A stretch of 64,000 nucleotides of DNA from Clostridiales bacterium (GTDB taxonomy: Bacteria; Bacillota; Clostridia; Oscillospirales; CAG-272): assembly GCA_012519315.1 (NCBI GenBank), contig JAAYQM010000100.1:23312-87311 (forward strand). Direction: 5' to 3'. The notes below the pieces were generated by a model, which did not search any database, was not told where the DNA came from, and worked only from the letters and a program-made list of their open reading frames with translations. Below, piece after piece: positions 39,011-49,313 of this stretch; the first letter of the stretch is position 1; every line of letters starts with the position of its first letter. The position numbers and the translations under genes are program-made.

Positions 39011-39984
39011 CCGATCACCCTTTCTTTATATGCTGTTTTCCGGGATAGGTGTCTTGCCCGGCATAAAAGAGCCGTACCGTAGGCATTGTCGGAGGAGAAT
39101 TCCGGCTCTGCAAAGGCTGCTGAAAATTTACCGGACAGTTTCTCTTTTATAATACTGTTGCTCATAACTCCGCCGGCATAGAGAACGGGCAAGTCGGGAT
39201 ATTCCCTGAGCAAGTGCTCGGTGACTTTTTCTATGGTATCCGAAATAAAGTCAATGACGTAGGCTGCCGTTTTCCCCTTGTCCCCGCTATCCCTGAAAAT
39301 CCTGCCGGCAAGGTTTTCAAGACCGGAGAGGTTGTAATTATAGCCGAATACACAGGTTTTCGTCTTTAATCTTTCCCCGGTGTATTGCAAAGCAAGGGTC
39401 TCCAGGGCAGGACCGCAGGGAAAGGAAAGTCCCAGAAGAACTCCCACCCTGTCGATAACCTGACCGGCATGTAAATCGAGAGTACCGCCTAAAAGCTTGA
39501 TGTCAAAGCCGTCCCGCTTTGGGGTGACATATAAGAGCTCGCTTGTTCCACCCGATATGTGAAATGCGGCAAAATCCCCCTTTAGATAATCGGTTCGTCC
39601 GGACGAATAAACAGCCGCCATGATGTGTCCGCTCTGATGTGAAAAATCATACAGAGGAAGACCGGCGGCGGCAGAGGCAGTTGCTGCCGCGGCAGCACCT
39701 GCGCGAAAACAAGGCATATATGACCCCTCGACATCCCGCGGGCGCGCCGAAAAACCGACAGCGCACAGTCTTCTGTCCGACAGATTCGCTTGAATTTCCC
39801 GCATCACATCGGGCAGATTGACAACATGAGCAAAAAGCGCATCACTCTGGCGCAGACCGCATTCCCCCTCCTTTACCGGGAGAGGACGCTTCACCGATTT
39901 TACCAGAGTGCCCGTCTCATCGCACAGAGCCGCCGAGGTGGTATAATTACTGGTATCAATGCCGAGATACAGATTGTTTTTCAT
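39007..39984 (-). CDS. Kae1/TsaD-like ASKHA-fold protein (peptidase M22/glycoprotease family paralogue), function unknown
   Basis: GIDTSNYTTS, HQSGH, ISGGTSEL, DLHAGQVIDRVG and AGGVMSN parallel the TsaD motifs. It has 4-nt overlaps with nusB (upstream) and xseA (downstream). Confidence 0.75.
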   Translation of the reverse strand: MKNNLYLGIDTSNYTTSAALCDETGTLVKSVKRPLPVKEGECGLRQSDALFAHVVNLPDVMREIQANLSDRRLCAVGFSARPRDVEGSYMPCFRAGAAAAATASAAAGLPLYDFSHQSGHIMAAVYSSGRTDYLKGDFAAFHISGGTSELLYVTPKRDGFDIKLLGGTLDLHAGQVIDRVGVLLGLSFPCGPALETLALQYTGERLKTKTCVFGYNYNLSGLENLAGRIFRDSGDKGKTAAYVIDFISDTIEKVTEHLLREYPDLPVLYAGGVMSNSIIKEKLSGKFSAAFAEPEFSSDNAYGTALLCRARHLSRKTAYKERVIG

Positions 39985-40403
39985 AGCTCATTTTTTGGCG
40001 ATGCCTGTTCCTTTTTCGCAACGGCATCAAGCACACCATTTACAAAAGCACGGGCAGGGTTTTCGTCATATCGCTTTGTCAGCTCAAGGGCCTCATTGAT
40101 CGAAATGTTAAAGGGAATATCCTGCATATAGAGAATCTCATATATGCCAAGACGCAAAATGGCAAGGGTTATCTTTGAAATTCTATCAAGCTTCCAGCCG
40201 ATTGCGTTATTTTTAATTGTTTGGTCAATATCGCTCCGCTTTTCAACAACACCCCAAAAAACCGTCGCAATATAATCATTTTCTATTATTTCCGACTCTT
40301 CAAGTGCGGTTTGATACATTTCTTTCAATTCATTATCTGCATGAAAGCTCGACTCAAAAAGCAAACGAAAGACGAACTCCCGCGACTGTCGCCGATTGAT
40401 CAT
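39981..40403 (-). CDS. nusB: Transcription antitermination factor NusB
   Basis: 140 aa containing RRQSREFVFRLLF and the NusB pattern ...DRISKITLAILRLGIYEILY..DIP..ISINEALEL.K.Y. Confidence 0.93.
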   Translation of the reverse strand: MINRRQSREFVFRLLFESSFHADNELKEMYQTALEESEIIENDYIATVFWGVVEKRSDIDQTIKNNAIGWKLDRISKITLAILRLGIYEILYMQDIPFNISINEALELTKRYDENPARAFVNGVLDAVAKKEQASPKNEL

Positions 40404-40593
40404 AATTTTACAATTTATCCCTGCTCTGGCGCAGAAGATAAATATCCTCCGAATATAATTCCATAATATAATTATTATATATTTAAATGCACATTATGTC
40501 AACTTTTATAAAGCAAAATTTTATCTTGCGAAGGATATCGAAACTCCAAATGAGCCAATATAATAAAAACAGTTTGTGAGGTTTGATCATAAC

Positions 40594-41637
40594 ATGATTG
40601 TTAGTTTTTTTAAAAATAGATTAAAAATTTCCAAATATGCCGGCAATGTCCTTTGTCTTTTGCTCTGTTTTCTTTTTGTTTTTTCGGGGGGCTTTGATGC
40701 GAATGCAAAGCAGACCGACAAAAAGAAAAACGAAAAGCAATATATAAAATGGATTGATTTTACTGTAACATATCCGGCGCTAAAGGACGCGATGAACACC
40801 GACATTTCAAGCTACAACACCGACCGTCACGTCTCCTGGATTGACATTCTTGCCTATCTTGCCTCACGGAACGGCGGCAATTTTTCAAAATATAAAAAAT
40901 CGGACATTACCTCCCTCCTTGAAAAGCTGGACGGTACAAATAAAATCTCCGATCTTGCCACGAATCGCAAGCTTTACGATTATTATCACGAGGCTTATGG
41001 TGCCGTGCTCGGCGGCATGATAGGCGAATACACCGCCGAACGCATCGACGAAAACGGGAACACGGTATATGAAACGGGTTACGGGCTTAAGGTCTTTTCC
41101 CCTTTCGCAAAAGGATATTATTACAGTCATTTTGACGATTTCGGCAGCGCGCGTTCCTACGGCTACCGACGCCCCCACCTTGGGCATGACCTTGTGGGCA
41201 GTATCGGGACCCCGATTATCGCCATCGAAAGCGGCTATGTCGAGGCGGTGGGATGGAATCAATACGGCGGATGGCGTATCGGTATACGAAGCTTTGATCA
41301 CAAGCGTTACTACTACTATGCACATCTGCGCAAAAATCATCCCTATAACGATATCTACGAGGGCAAAATCGTCTGCGCCGGGGAGGTTATCGGCTACCTT
41401 GGTATGACCGGATACAGCGTAAAGGAAAATGTCAACAACATTAAGACACCTCACCTGCATTTCGGTCTTCAGATAATTTTTGACCCAGTGCAAAAAGACG
41501 GGGTAAATCAAATCTGGATAGACATGTATGAGCTGACAAAATTCTTAGCTTCCAACCGCAGTCCGGTGTATAGGGATTCGGCAGCCGGCGAGTATTACAG
41601 CAAAATCAGAATCATTGATGAAAACATGCCCGATTAA
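40594..41637 (+). CDS. M23 family metallopeptidase (secreted)
   Basis: It has a signal/TM segment. HLGHDL, the GYV....GW motif and HLHFGLQ (HxH) are present. Confidence 0.85.
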   Translation: MIVSFFKNRLKISKYAGNVLCLLLCFLFVFSGGFDANAKQTDKKKNEKQYIKWIDFTVTYPALKDAMNTDISSYNTDRHVSWIDILAYLASRNGGNFSKYKKSDITSLLEKLDGTNKISDLATNRKLYDYYHEAYGAVLGGMIGEYTAERIDENGNTVYETGYGLKVFSPFAKGYYYSHFDDFGSARSYGYRRPHLGHDLVGSIGTPIIAIESGYVEAVGWNQYGGWRIGIRSFDHKRYYYYAHLRKNHPYNDIYEGKIVCAGEVIGYLGMTGYSVKENVNNIKTPHLHFGLQIIFDPVQKDGVNQIWIDMYELTKFLASNRSPVYRDSAAGEYYSKIRIIDENMPD

Positions 41638-41679
41638 GGCTAATTTTCCCTCCCTTTGCTTTTATTTAATATTTATGCC

Positions 41680-41708
41680 TTGAAAAACTTATTGAAATAT
41701 GGTATAGT
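41680..41708 (+). promoter_or_regulatory. Sigma-A type promoter (TTGAAA-17 nt-TATAGT, with TGG extended -10)
   Basis: TTGAAA at 41680-41685 and TGGTATAGT at 41700-41708. Confidence 0.4.
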
Positions 41709-41836
41709 CAAATAGCTAAGAAAAGGCGAAAAATGGTGAGTAAAAATCTATCATAAGAGCTTTTACACCTTATATCCTTCCTTTTCTTTCTGTTTGGCTA
41801 TCATTATGCACATAAAATTAAAGAAGGAAATTAGCC

Positions 41837-42277
41837 ATGCTAAAATCCATGTTAAAAGCTAAAATTAAGGAAATAATATACACCGCCTGCCTCTATTTTA
41901 CCATAATTGTGTTCTCCCTTCATATTTTTGGTGGTATCCTGTCTCAAAAAAGCGTGCAAATGCCCCTTGAAAGACTGTCATTGTTGTTTTTGTTCTCCAT
42001 TGGTATGGCTGTCGCCGGGCTTGTCTGGCAGGCTAAAAAAATTCCTGTGATTTTGCGGCACCTAATCCATTACGCCTCTTTTATCCTCACCTTTTGGGGC
42101 GTATTTATCCTCATCGGTGACTTTGCCGCAAAGCCCTCTTCTAAGCTTACCATCATGATTTTGGCATCATTCTTTTATATACTGGCGACCGCCGTCTGCT
42201 TGGGGCTGAAAAATTTCTTCCGCAGGCAGAGAAAAAAAAAGGAGGCCTACTCGCCGGTTTATAACAAGCCTCAATAG
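41837..42277 (+). CDS. Small 4-TM membrane protein (hypothetical)
   Basis: 146 aa with four hydrophobic helices and a basic tail. It contains an in-frame A9 tract at 42232-42240. TAG stop. Confidence 0.5.
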   Translation: MLKSMLKAKIKEIIYTACLYFTIIVFSLHIFGGILSQKSVQMPLERLSLLFLFSIGMAVAGLVWQAKKIPVILRHLIHYASFILTFWGVFILIGDFAAKPSSKLTIMILASFFYILATAVCLGLKNFFRRQRKKKEAYSPVYNKPQ

Positions 42278-42413
42278 ACCGGAAAACGGTCTGCCGGCAT
42301 CTATTTTTTATCACAGAAAGGGATTTGCCGTCTGACGTGCGCTAGCACATTTTCTATAATTGTTCTATGCGATTGTTCAATGTTATGCATTGGTACAAAC
42401 GGCAAGTTAACAT

Positions 42414-43436
42414 ATGCAAAACAAACACCACTCTCAAAGAGGCTCCCCGTACCGTTCTTCCGGTAAAAACGGACAGCGTCGCCCCGCCCCCCCTAATATA
42501 CAACGCCGGCGACCAAATTCAAATCGCCCAAACGGAAGACAAAGCGGACACAATAACGGACACAATAATGATAACGGCGATTTGTTATTCTATATCATTA
42601 TCGGGCTTATAGCCGCAATCTTCATTTCTCTGGTAATAATTTTTTCGATTGTCTCCACCCGCATTTCCTATAGAAAGCCGACCGATGACACAAGCGGGCA
42701 GCCGCAAATCACCAACGGCGACGATTCTACAACCACGTCTGACTCCTCAGACACCCTCCCGGAAGATACTACCCAAGCTCCGAAGCCTAAGTCTACCATT
42801 CTGCAGAAAACTCCCGACATGGGAGAGGAATATATTGACCGCATCGTCTTTCTAGGAGACTCGACGACAAATGGCATGAAGCGTTACCAAGTCTTACCCG
42901 GCGGCAGAGATACCACCCAAGTTTGGACACCCGATGGCGGTACCATGACCATTAACGAATCGGCAAAGATGAAAATTGTCTATCCCGAGACCGGGGAGGA
43001 AATCTATATTCACGAGGCCGCCGCCCGAAAAAAGTCGGATATTCTCGTCATAACATTAGGGCACAATTTCTACAGTAAGGTTACTGACAAAGAAAAAATA
43101 GAGCTTTATTTTAAGGCTGAATACAAAAAGCTGATCGGATCGATTAAAGAAGCCAGTCCGGACACAAAAATCATTCTGCAGTCTATATTCCCGATTGTAA
43201 CATCTGTTTATAAGCATTCAAAGACAATCAGCAATGAAGTTATCAACGAGCGCAATTCATGGATTTTGGATGTTGCCGAGGAAATGAACCTGTACTATCT
43301 TGACACCGCCTCCTATTTCAAGGATGAAAACGGAGACATGATCGAAAAATATACAAACGGCGACGGCTGCCACTTTAATGCCGACGGATATCGCCGGGAG
43401 CTTGAATACATCCGCACCCATGCCCTGCCCGATTAA
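42414..43436 (+). CDS. SGNH/GDSL hydrolase family protein with a basic disordered N-terminus and a TM anchor
   Basis: Block I FLGDSTTNG and block V GDGCHFN (DxxH) are present. The N-terminal 55 aa are rich in R, N, G and Q. Confidence 0.8.
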   Translation: MQNKHHSQRGSPYRSSGKNGQRRPAPPNIQRRRPNSNRPNGRQSGHNNGHNNDNGDLLFYIIIGLIAAIFISLVIIFSIVSTRISYRKPTDDTSGQPQITNGDDSTTTSDSSDTLPEDTTQAPKPKSTILQKTPDMGEEYIDRIVFLGDSTTNGMKRYQVLPGGRDTTQVWTPDGGTMTINESAKMKIVYPETGEEIYIHEAAARKKSDILVITLGHNFYSKVTDKEKIELYFKAEYKKLIGSIKEASPDTKIILQSIFPIVTSVYKHSKTISNEVINERNSWILDVAEEMNLYYLDTASYFKDENGDMIEKYTNGDGCHFNADGYRRELEYIRTHALPD

Positions 43437-43472
43437 TCAATCATGCAAAATTTACTATAACGAGGTATAACA

Positions 43473-43961
43473 ATGAAAAAATTCTACACTTCCCTCCTGC
43501 TTTTGGCAATTGCCCTTATGACCCTTGCCTCCTGCGGCGGAAAAACGGAGATACGAGACGATGTCGCCGTCACAGCTCTGGCTGAGGAGGTAGAAAAACA
43601 TATAGCAGGAAAATCCAATCTCTCCCCTGCCGATGACGATTACCTTATGTTCGGCATGGATGCCGATCTTGATAAGCTGGGAGACTATATCGTCAAAACC
43701 CCGGAAAGCAACTCCTCCATTGATGAATACGGAATTTTCAAGGCGGAAAATGAGGAGCAGCTGGAGTATATAAAAAAGCTGATAGATGATTATATCGCTT
43801 ACCGTATTGAAGTTTGGGATCCCCGTTATCTCGAACAGGAAAAGCCTAAGGTCGAAGGGGCTAAATCAAAGGTTGTCGGCAACTATGTGGTCTATGTGAT
43901 GCTCTCCGCCTCCGAGCGGGACGCCGCCCTCGACGCCTTTGAAAAGCTATTGACAAAATAA
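43473..43961 (+). CDS. DUF4358-like lipoprotein
   Basis: It has the lipobox LASCGG. DEYGIFKAEN and the overall pattern are typical of DUF4358. Confidence 0.65.
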   Translation: MKKFYTSLLLLAIALMTLASCGGKTEIRDDVAVTALAEEVEKHIAGKSNLSPADDDYLMFGMDADLDKLGDYIVKTPESNSSIDEYGIFKAENEEQLEYIKKLIDDYIAYRIEVWDPRYLEQEKPKVEGAKSKVVGNYVVYVMLSASERDAALDAFEKLLTK

Positions 43962-43997
43962 GCACATGTAAAATTTGAAAATCAAATTTCGATAATA

Positions 43998-44050
43998 TAG
44001 CCGGTAGATTGTAAGAACAACGTGTTCAAAAATCTACCGGCTATTTTTAT
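43998..44050. terminator. Bidirectional terminator hairpin with a long loop
   Basis: TAGCCGGTAGATT (43998-44010) pairs with AATCTACCGGCTA (44031-44043). A T-run follows. Confidence 0.6.
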
Positions 44051-44775
44051 TTTGTGCGAATGTCCGAGATTTCCTCTCGCCTTGAGTTTAGCGACAGGGC
44101 GGTAAAAAGCATCACAAAGTATCCGATTGCCCCGGACAGGATTATCGAGAGATAGATATAGACAATGGAAGCAATCTCATTCGGACGAATATCGCTGCCG
44201 TAATAGGCGAAAAAGTCTATGGTATTAGAAAGCTCATTTAAAACAGCAATTAGCACAAAAAGCAGTGCGGTAAACAGCATCGAGAGAAAGAGAGGATGTC
44301 CTTTGTCAAAAATCTTCCATGTTAGTTTTTTATTTGAGCTTGCCAACTTTTTTGTAACAAGGACAGAAAATAGTACAATCAAGAAAATCTTTAAACATTC
44401 AGCCGCAAAATTTATTCCGAAATAGATAAGTGCTTCGAGCAGAACCGTGACAGGCATGCCGTTGACATATCCGAAATAATCAAAAATAAAGGATATAATG
44501 TAGTTTAAAAGCAGACCGCTCAGCGCAATGGCGATATAGGGGGCGGCGGCCTTAATCGAGCGGGTGCAAACCCCGTATACAATAGCGCCGTAACCTATAA
44601 ATAGAGTTACCACATTTAAAAAGCCCATGGCATAATACAACAGGTCGGGCAAATAGGTGTTGCGATAGACAACATCTGACACAAGGCGAACATAAACTGG
44701 GGAGAGGGCGGCGGATGTCAGGATATTCAATCCGAACACCGCAAAAAAAACGAAGAAAATCGATTGTTTTTTCAT
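44047..44775 (-). CDS. Polytopic membrane protein (hypothetical)
   Basis: 242 aa with 6-7 hydrophobic helices. No motif recognised. Confidence 0.5.
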   Translation of the reverse strand: MKKQSIFFVFFAVFGLNILTSAALSPVYVRLVSDVVYRNTYLPDLLYYAMGFLNVVTLFIGYGAIVYGVCTRSIKAAAPYIAIALSGLLLNYIISFIFDYFGYVNGMPVTVLLEALIYFGINFAAECLKIFLIVLFSVLVTKKLASSNKKLTWKIFDKGHPLFLSMLFTALLFVLIAVLNELSNTIDFFAYYGSDIRPNEIASIVYIYLSIILSGAIGYFVMLFTALSLNSRREEISDIRTK

Positions 44776-44955
44776 AGATTTTAGGTTCCTTTTATATCAA
44801 TAAGGAGAAGTATTCTTAATTATATCATTATATCATAATTGGAATCTATTTGATTATCGTTTTGTAAATTATTAATACAAGGGGCATTATGTTCACAAAA
44901 CAAGCATATACATAAAATGGACAGGAGCAAAAATACAATTAAAGGATGGTCAAGC

Positions 44956-45906
44956 ATGAACAACTGCAACAACAAAAAAATTAACGACAAAAAAGCTATT
45001 TTAGACTATAATCATCCTCTGGACTATGCCCTTCTCATGGAATATCTCGAAATATTTACCGAACGCTATTATTTTATGGACTTCCAGTATATCGGAAAAT
45101 CTATTATGGGACGCAAAATTCCGATGATCCGGCTCGGATACGGAAGCGACAGAAGCCTTCTCTATGTCGGCGCACATCACGGGATGGAGTTGATAACAAG
45201 CATAATATTATTGCGCTTTATAAATGAATTTTGCGAAATATACAAAGGCGGTCGCACCGTTTATGGTCTCGATCTTGCGTATCTGTATAATACACGCTCA
45301 ATATATATCGTTCCCATGTTGAACCCCGACGGCGTGGATTATCAAATCAACGGTCTCTCCCCGGACAATCCGATCCGTGAGAGGCTAATCGCCATGAATG
45401 GCGGCAGCTCCGATTTTTCAAGCTGGCAGGCAAACGGACGGGGCGTTGACCTCAACCACAATTACAACTACGGGTTTATGGAATACAAGGCAATCGAGCA
45501 GGCAACCGGCATCATCAACGGCGCCCCGACACGATACAGCGGAGAGTGCCCTGAATCGGAGCCGGAGGTAAGTGCCCTGTGCAACATCATACGCACCTGT
45601 GATATCAAGATGATCCTGACTCTTCACTCACAGGGTGAGGAGATATATTATACCTCGGGGGGCAAGGTGGCGCCGCGTTCAGAATCAATTGTAAAGCTGC
45701 TGGCAAAAATGAGCGGATATACTCCTTCCTCCCCTGAGGGAATGGCTTCGTTTGGCGGGCTGACCGACTGGTACATACATGAATTTAATCAGCCCTCTTT
45801 TACAATAGAATGCGGAAAAGGGAAAAATCCATTGCCCTTAGAGGACTATTTCCCGATTTATATGCGGCTTCGGGAGGTGCTCTTTACCTCACCGATCATT
45901 ATGTAG
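44956..45906 (+). CDS. M14 family zinc carboxypeptidase (gamma-D-glutamyl-diamino acid peptidase-like)
   Basis: GAHHGMELIT carries the HxxE zinc ligands. NPDGV and the TLHSQGE pattern are present. ATG lies 6 nt after AAAGGATGG. TAG stop. Confidence 0.85.
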   Translation: MNNCNNKKINDKKAILDYNHPLDYALLMEYLEIFTERYYFMDFQYIGKSIMGRKIPMIRLGYGSDRSLLYVGAHHGMELITSIILLRFINEFCEIYKGGRTVYGLDLAYLYNTRSIYIVPMLNPDGVDYQINGLSPDNPIRERLIAMNGGSSDFSSWQANGRGVDLNHNYNYGFMEYKAIEQATGIINGAPTRYSGECPESEPEVSALCNIIRTCDIKMILTLHSQGEEIYYTSGGKVAPRSESIVKLLAKMSGYTPSSPEGMASFGGLTDWYIHEFNQPSFTIECGKGKNPLPLEDYFPIYMRLREVLFTSPIIM

Positions 45907-45923
45907 CCCAAAAAACGCTCTCA

Positions 45924-45960
45924 AAAAGTCCGACGGAATGAATGTTTCGCCGGACTTTTT
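45924..45960. terminator. Rho-independent terminator (imperfect stem)
   Basis: AAAAGTCCGACGG pairs with CGCCGGACTTTT. It lies between convergent genes. Confidence 0.5.
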
Positions 45961-45972
45961 ATATTTGTTTTT

Positions 45973-47211
45973 TTAAATAAATGAATTAAATGCGGGCAGG
46001 CGGTGGTCCCGCTTGGAGATTTTAATATCCTTTAGATAAGACGCCGAACAAATGGCATGGGAACCGTATTTTTCCCGAATGGCATCAACCGCTCCCTCCA
46101 GACGTTCGAGCTTTTTCTGCCTTTCGTAATCGATAAAGATAGAAAGCTGCTCCGGCGCCTCTCCCGAAACAAGATCTATGACTCGTACAGTGATTGCTCT
46201 GATATTGTTTTTCCAAACATGCTTTACAATAAACAGATTATAAGCGCTCTCCGCAATAATTCGGGTACTCTGAGTCAGGTGAGGAAGCTTTGCGCGATAT
46301 TCCCGAGTTTCCAGGGTATTATCCTTAACAGATATGGCAACCCCTGAGGCCGACAGAGATTGTTTTCGCAGGGAATTCCCCAGATCCTGAGACAGCTCGA
46401 TAATCAATTCACGAACTTCCTCTGCTGTCTTGAGATCGGCCTTTGTAGTAGTCCCGTGACCGATGGATTTCGGTACAGGTGATTCACCGAAAACCGCAAC
46501 CTCCGACTGATCGTTGCCGTTTGCATAATTCCAGAGATCCAATCCGCTCTTTCCAAACCATGTCTGAAGAATCTCCGGCGGACAAGAGGCAACATCGCCA
46601 ATGGTTTTGATGTTCTTTTTATGCATTTTTTTATAAGTTTTGTCGCCGATCCCCATCATGACATTTGCCGGCAGATGCCAAATCTGCTCTTTAAAAGTTT
46701 CCTTGAATATACAGGTGACTGCATCCGGCTTTTTCAGATCGGAGCCCAGCTTTGCAAAAATTTTGTTGAAGGAAACGCCTACCGACGCCGTGATTCCAAG
46801 CTCCTTTTTTATACTTTCTTTTATTTCATAGGCTATTTTTTGCCCGCTGCCAAAAAGGTGCACGCTGCCGCTTACATCAAGCCAGCATTCGTCAATTCCC
46901 ATCGGCTCAACCCTGTCGGTATAACGATAATAAATCTCCCGCGCTCTCCGGGAATGCTCGACATAATCATCAAAATTCGGGGGTACAACGACAAGACCGG
47001 GGCATTTTTCCTTCGCCTGCCAAACAGGCTCGCCTGTAATAACGCCCTTTGCCTTTGCCAGCTGATTTTTTGCAAGAACAATCCCATGCCGGTCTTCTAC
47101 ACTTCCGCATACGGCAACCGGATATGCCTTAAGCTCCGGGTTGCGTTTGCACTCCACCGATGCATAAAAATTGTTTAGATCGCAGTGAAGAATAACTCTG
47201 CCCCTTGTCAA
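45973..47211 (-). CDS. dinB: DNA polymerase IV (Y-family)
   Basis: ILHCDLNNFYASVE, IDECWLDV and SVGVS.NK.FAK motifs are present. TTG start lies 7 nt after GGGGA. Confidence 0.93.
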   Translation of the reverse strand: MTRGRVILHCDLNNFYASVECKRNPELKAYPVAVCGSVEDRHGIVLAKNQLAKAKGVITGEPVWQAKEKCPGLVVVPPNFDDYVEHSRRAREIYYRYTDRVEPMGIDECWLDVSGSVHLFGSGQKIAYEIKESIKKELGITASVGVSFNKIFAKLGSDLKKPDAVTCIFKETFKEQIWHLPANVMMGIGDKTYKKMHKKNIKTIGDVASCPPEILQTWFGKSGLDLWNYANGNDQSEVAVFGESPVPKSIGHGTTTKADLKTAEEVRELIIELSQDLGNSLRKQSLSASGVAISVKDNTLETREYRAKLPHLTQSTRIIAESAYNLFIVKHVWKNNIRAITVRVIDLVSGEAPEQLSIFIDYERQKKLERLEGAVDAIREKYGSHAICSASYLKDIKISKRDHRLPAFNSFI

Positions 47212-47237
47212 AAAATCATCCCCTTTCTAAGCCGGAA

Positions 47238-47660
47238 TTATTTATCGATCCACTGAGTCATGCCGCATCCCAGCGTATCGGCCGGGCGCGGGACAAAGCC
47301 GAGGCTTTCGTAAAATGGCTCCTTCCCTTTTGCCGCCATCACATATACAATGGAGGACTGCCCGGCGGAAAGCCCTTCCCGGATATACTCAAGCAGTGAG
47401 AGGACAAGCCTCTTTCCTATGCCCTGCCCTTGAAATTCCTCCCGGACAATAACATCGCAAATAACGTTGACATATCCGCCGTCTCCCACCAGCCGCGCCA
47501 TGCCGACAGCCTGCCCGTTAACAGTTGCCACCGTTATGTAACGGGAATTGTTGATACCGATCTGCGCTTGGGCGCGCTCTATCGGTCGCCATCCGACCGA
47601 TTTTCGCAGATTCTCGTATTCTTCGACGGTGATACTATGCTTATATTGGATTTCAGCCAT
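47238..47660 (-). CDS. GNAT family N-acetyltransferase
   Basis: 140 aa with the acetyl-CoA binding motif QGQGIGKRL. Confidence 0.85.
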   Translation of the reverse strand: MAEIQYKHSITVEEYENLRKSVGWRPIERAQAQIGINNSRYITVATVNGQAVGMARLVGDGGYVNVICDVIVREEFQGQGIGKRLVLSLLEYIREGLSAGQSSIVYVMAAKGKEPFYESLGFVPRPADTLGCGMTQWIDK

Positions 47661-47812
47661 AGTTTCTCCTTGTTTTTAAGGTGTCCTCACACATATATTT
47701 AAGTATTATTATTTAATATTTTATCACATATCCCCCCTTTCAGTCAACCGACAACCATAGAGAAAAAGGCTGTTTTATCTCATTTCCATTCATTTCTCTT
47801 TGGTCTGCAGTA

Positions 47813-47841
47813 TTGACAAAGCGAGCCATAAGTTATATAAT
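47813..47841 (+). promoter_or_regulatory. Consensus sigma-A promoter (TTGACA-17 nt-TATAAT) of the paaK-ior cluster
   Basis: TTGACA at 47813-47818 and TATAAT at 47836-47841. Confidence 0.6.
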
Positions 47842-47917
47842 TGATTATATGTATATTTTTATGTGCAGTAATTATCGTTATCCGACGATCCAATTCTAGA
47901 AATGAAAGGCAGAAACG

Positions 47918-49228
47918 ATGTCAAAAATAATGTTTTGGCAAAAAGATGAAGAAACAATGCCGCGTAGCGAGCTTGAATCGCTCCAATTGGCTCGACTAAA
48001 AAGACTTGTGGACTATGTCCATACAAATGTTCCCTTTTATCGTAAAAGACTTGATGAGGCCAGCGTTACCTCAGATAAAATCAAAACACTATCCGATATC
48101 AAATACATACCTCTGACAACAAAGGAGGATATTCGAGACAATTATCCTTACGGACTTTTCGCAAAGCCCATGAAAAAAATTGTCCGAATTCATGCCTCCT
48201 CCGGCACTACCGGAAAACCCACCGTTGTAGGCTATACCCAAAACGATATCGATATGTGGAGCGATCTTGTCGCCCGCCTTACGATGGCCGCCGGTGCTAC
48301 TGACGACGATATCGTTCATATTGCTTTTGGTTACGGGCTCTTTACGGGAGCGCTGGGGCTGCATTACGGGCTTGAAAGAATCGGGGCTACCGTTGTCCCT
48401 ACCTCAAGCGGAAACACAGAGAGAAACATCATGCTCATGCGTGATTTCGGCACAACAGCCCTTGTCAGCACGCCTTCTTATGCAATGTATATTGCAGAAA
48501 CAGCCCGCGAAATGGGCATTAACCCGAAGGATCTGAAGATTCGCCTCGGACTTTTCGGGTCGGAAGGTTGCTCTGACGAATTTCGCAGGAAAATCGAGGA
48601 TACCTGGGGGCTTTTTGCCACCGACAACTACGGTATGAGCGAACTTATCGGGCCCGGCGTATCGGGAGAATGTATCTACAGATGCGGCATGCACTTTGCC
48701 GAGGATCATTTTCTGCCTGAAATCATTAACCCCGATACAGGCGAGGTGCTTCCCCGTGGAGAGACAGGTGAGCTTGTTATCACCACTCTTACCAAAGAGG
48801 GGATCCCCCTTTTGCGTTACCGCACAAAGGACATCACCTCCATTTCCTATGATACCTGTGAATGCGGTCGTACCCATGCCCGTATGGCGAGAACCCACGG
48901 ACGCAGCGACGATATGCTGAAAATCAAGGGGGTTAACGTCTTCCCCACCCAGATTGAAAGCGTGTTAATCAGCATTCCCCAGGTAGGCTCAAACTATCAG
49001 ATCGTCCTTGACACCGTAAACTACATGGACACTTTTGTGATAAACATTGAGCTTTCGGACGGCTCCTTGCTTGAGCGTTACTCCGAGCTTGAGGGGCTGC
49101 AGCAGACCATAAGACAAAAGCTCCGCTCTACCCTCGGTCTTGATGCCAAGATTAATCTTGTCGAACCGAAAAGCCTCCAGCGCTCAGCCGGCAAGGCTGT
49201 TCGGGTTGTTGACAATCGTAAACGCTAA
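47918..49228 (+). CDS. Phenylacetate--CoA ligase family protein (PaaK-like), copy 1
   Basis: 436 aa with the adenylate-forming motif IHASSGTTGKPTVVGYT, YGMSE and RYRT.D. Confidence 0.9.
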   Translation: MSKIMFWQKDEETMPRSELESLQLARLKRLVDYVHTNVPFYRKRLDEASVTSDKIKTLSDIKYIPLTTKEDIRDNYPYGLFAKPMKKIVRIHASSGTTGKPTVVGYTQNDIDMWSDLVARLTMAAGATDDDIVHIAFGYGLFTGALGLHYGLERIGATVVPTSSGNTERNIMLMRDFGTTALVSTPSYAMYIAETAREMGINPKDLKIRLGLFGSEGCSDEFRRKIEDTWGLFATDNYGMSELIGPGVSGECIYRCGMHFAEDHFLPEIINPDTGEVLPRGETGELVITTLTKEGIPLLRYRTKDITSISYDTCECGRTHARMARTHGRSDDMLKIKGVNVFPTQIESVLISIPQVGSNYQIVLDTVNYMDTFVINIELSDGSLLERYSELEGLQQTIRQKLRSTLGLDAKINLVEPKSLQRSAGKAVRVVDNRKR

Positions 49229-49313
49229 AGAAAACATTAAATTTTAAAAACATCCATTACATATCAGCAATGTGTCAGCAAAAACCAATAAATGCGAAAG
49301 AGATATTGTATCT

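Noticed and set aside
42232-42240. Homopolymer tracts inside coding regions as possible additional frameshifts: A9 at 42232-42240, an 8-bp T run (A8 on the coding strand) in trmK at about 3432-3439, and an A8 run at about 44743-44750.
   Set aside because: The reading frames run through these tracts without interruption and the flanking protein sequence is continuous. There is no evidence of disruption.
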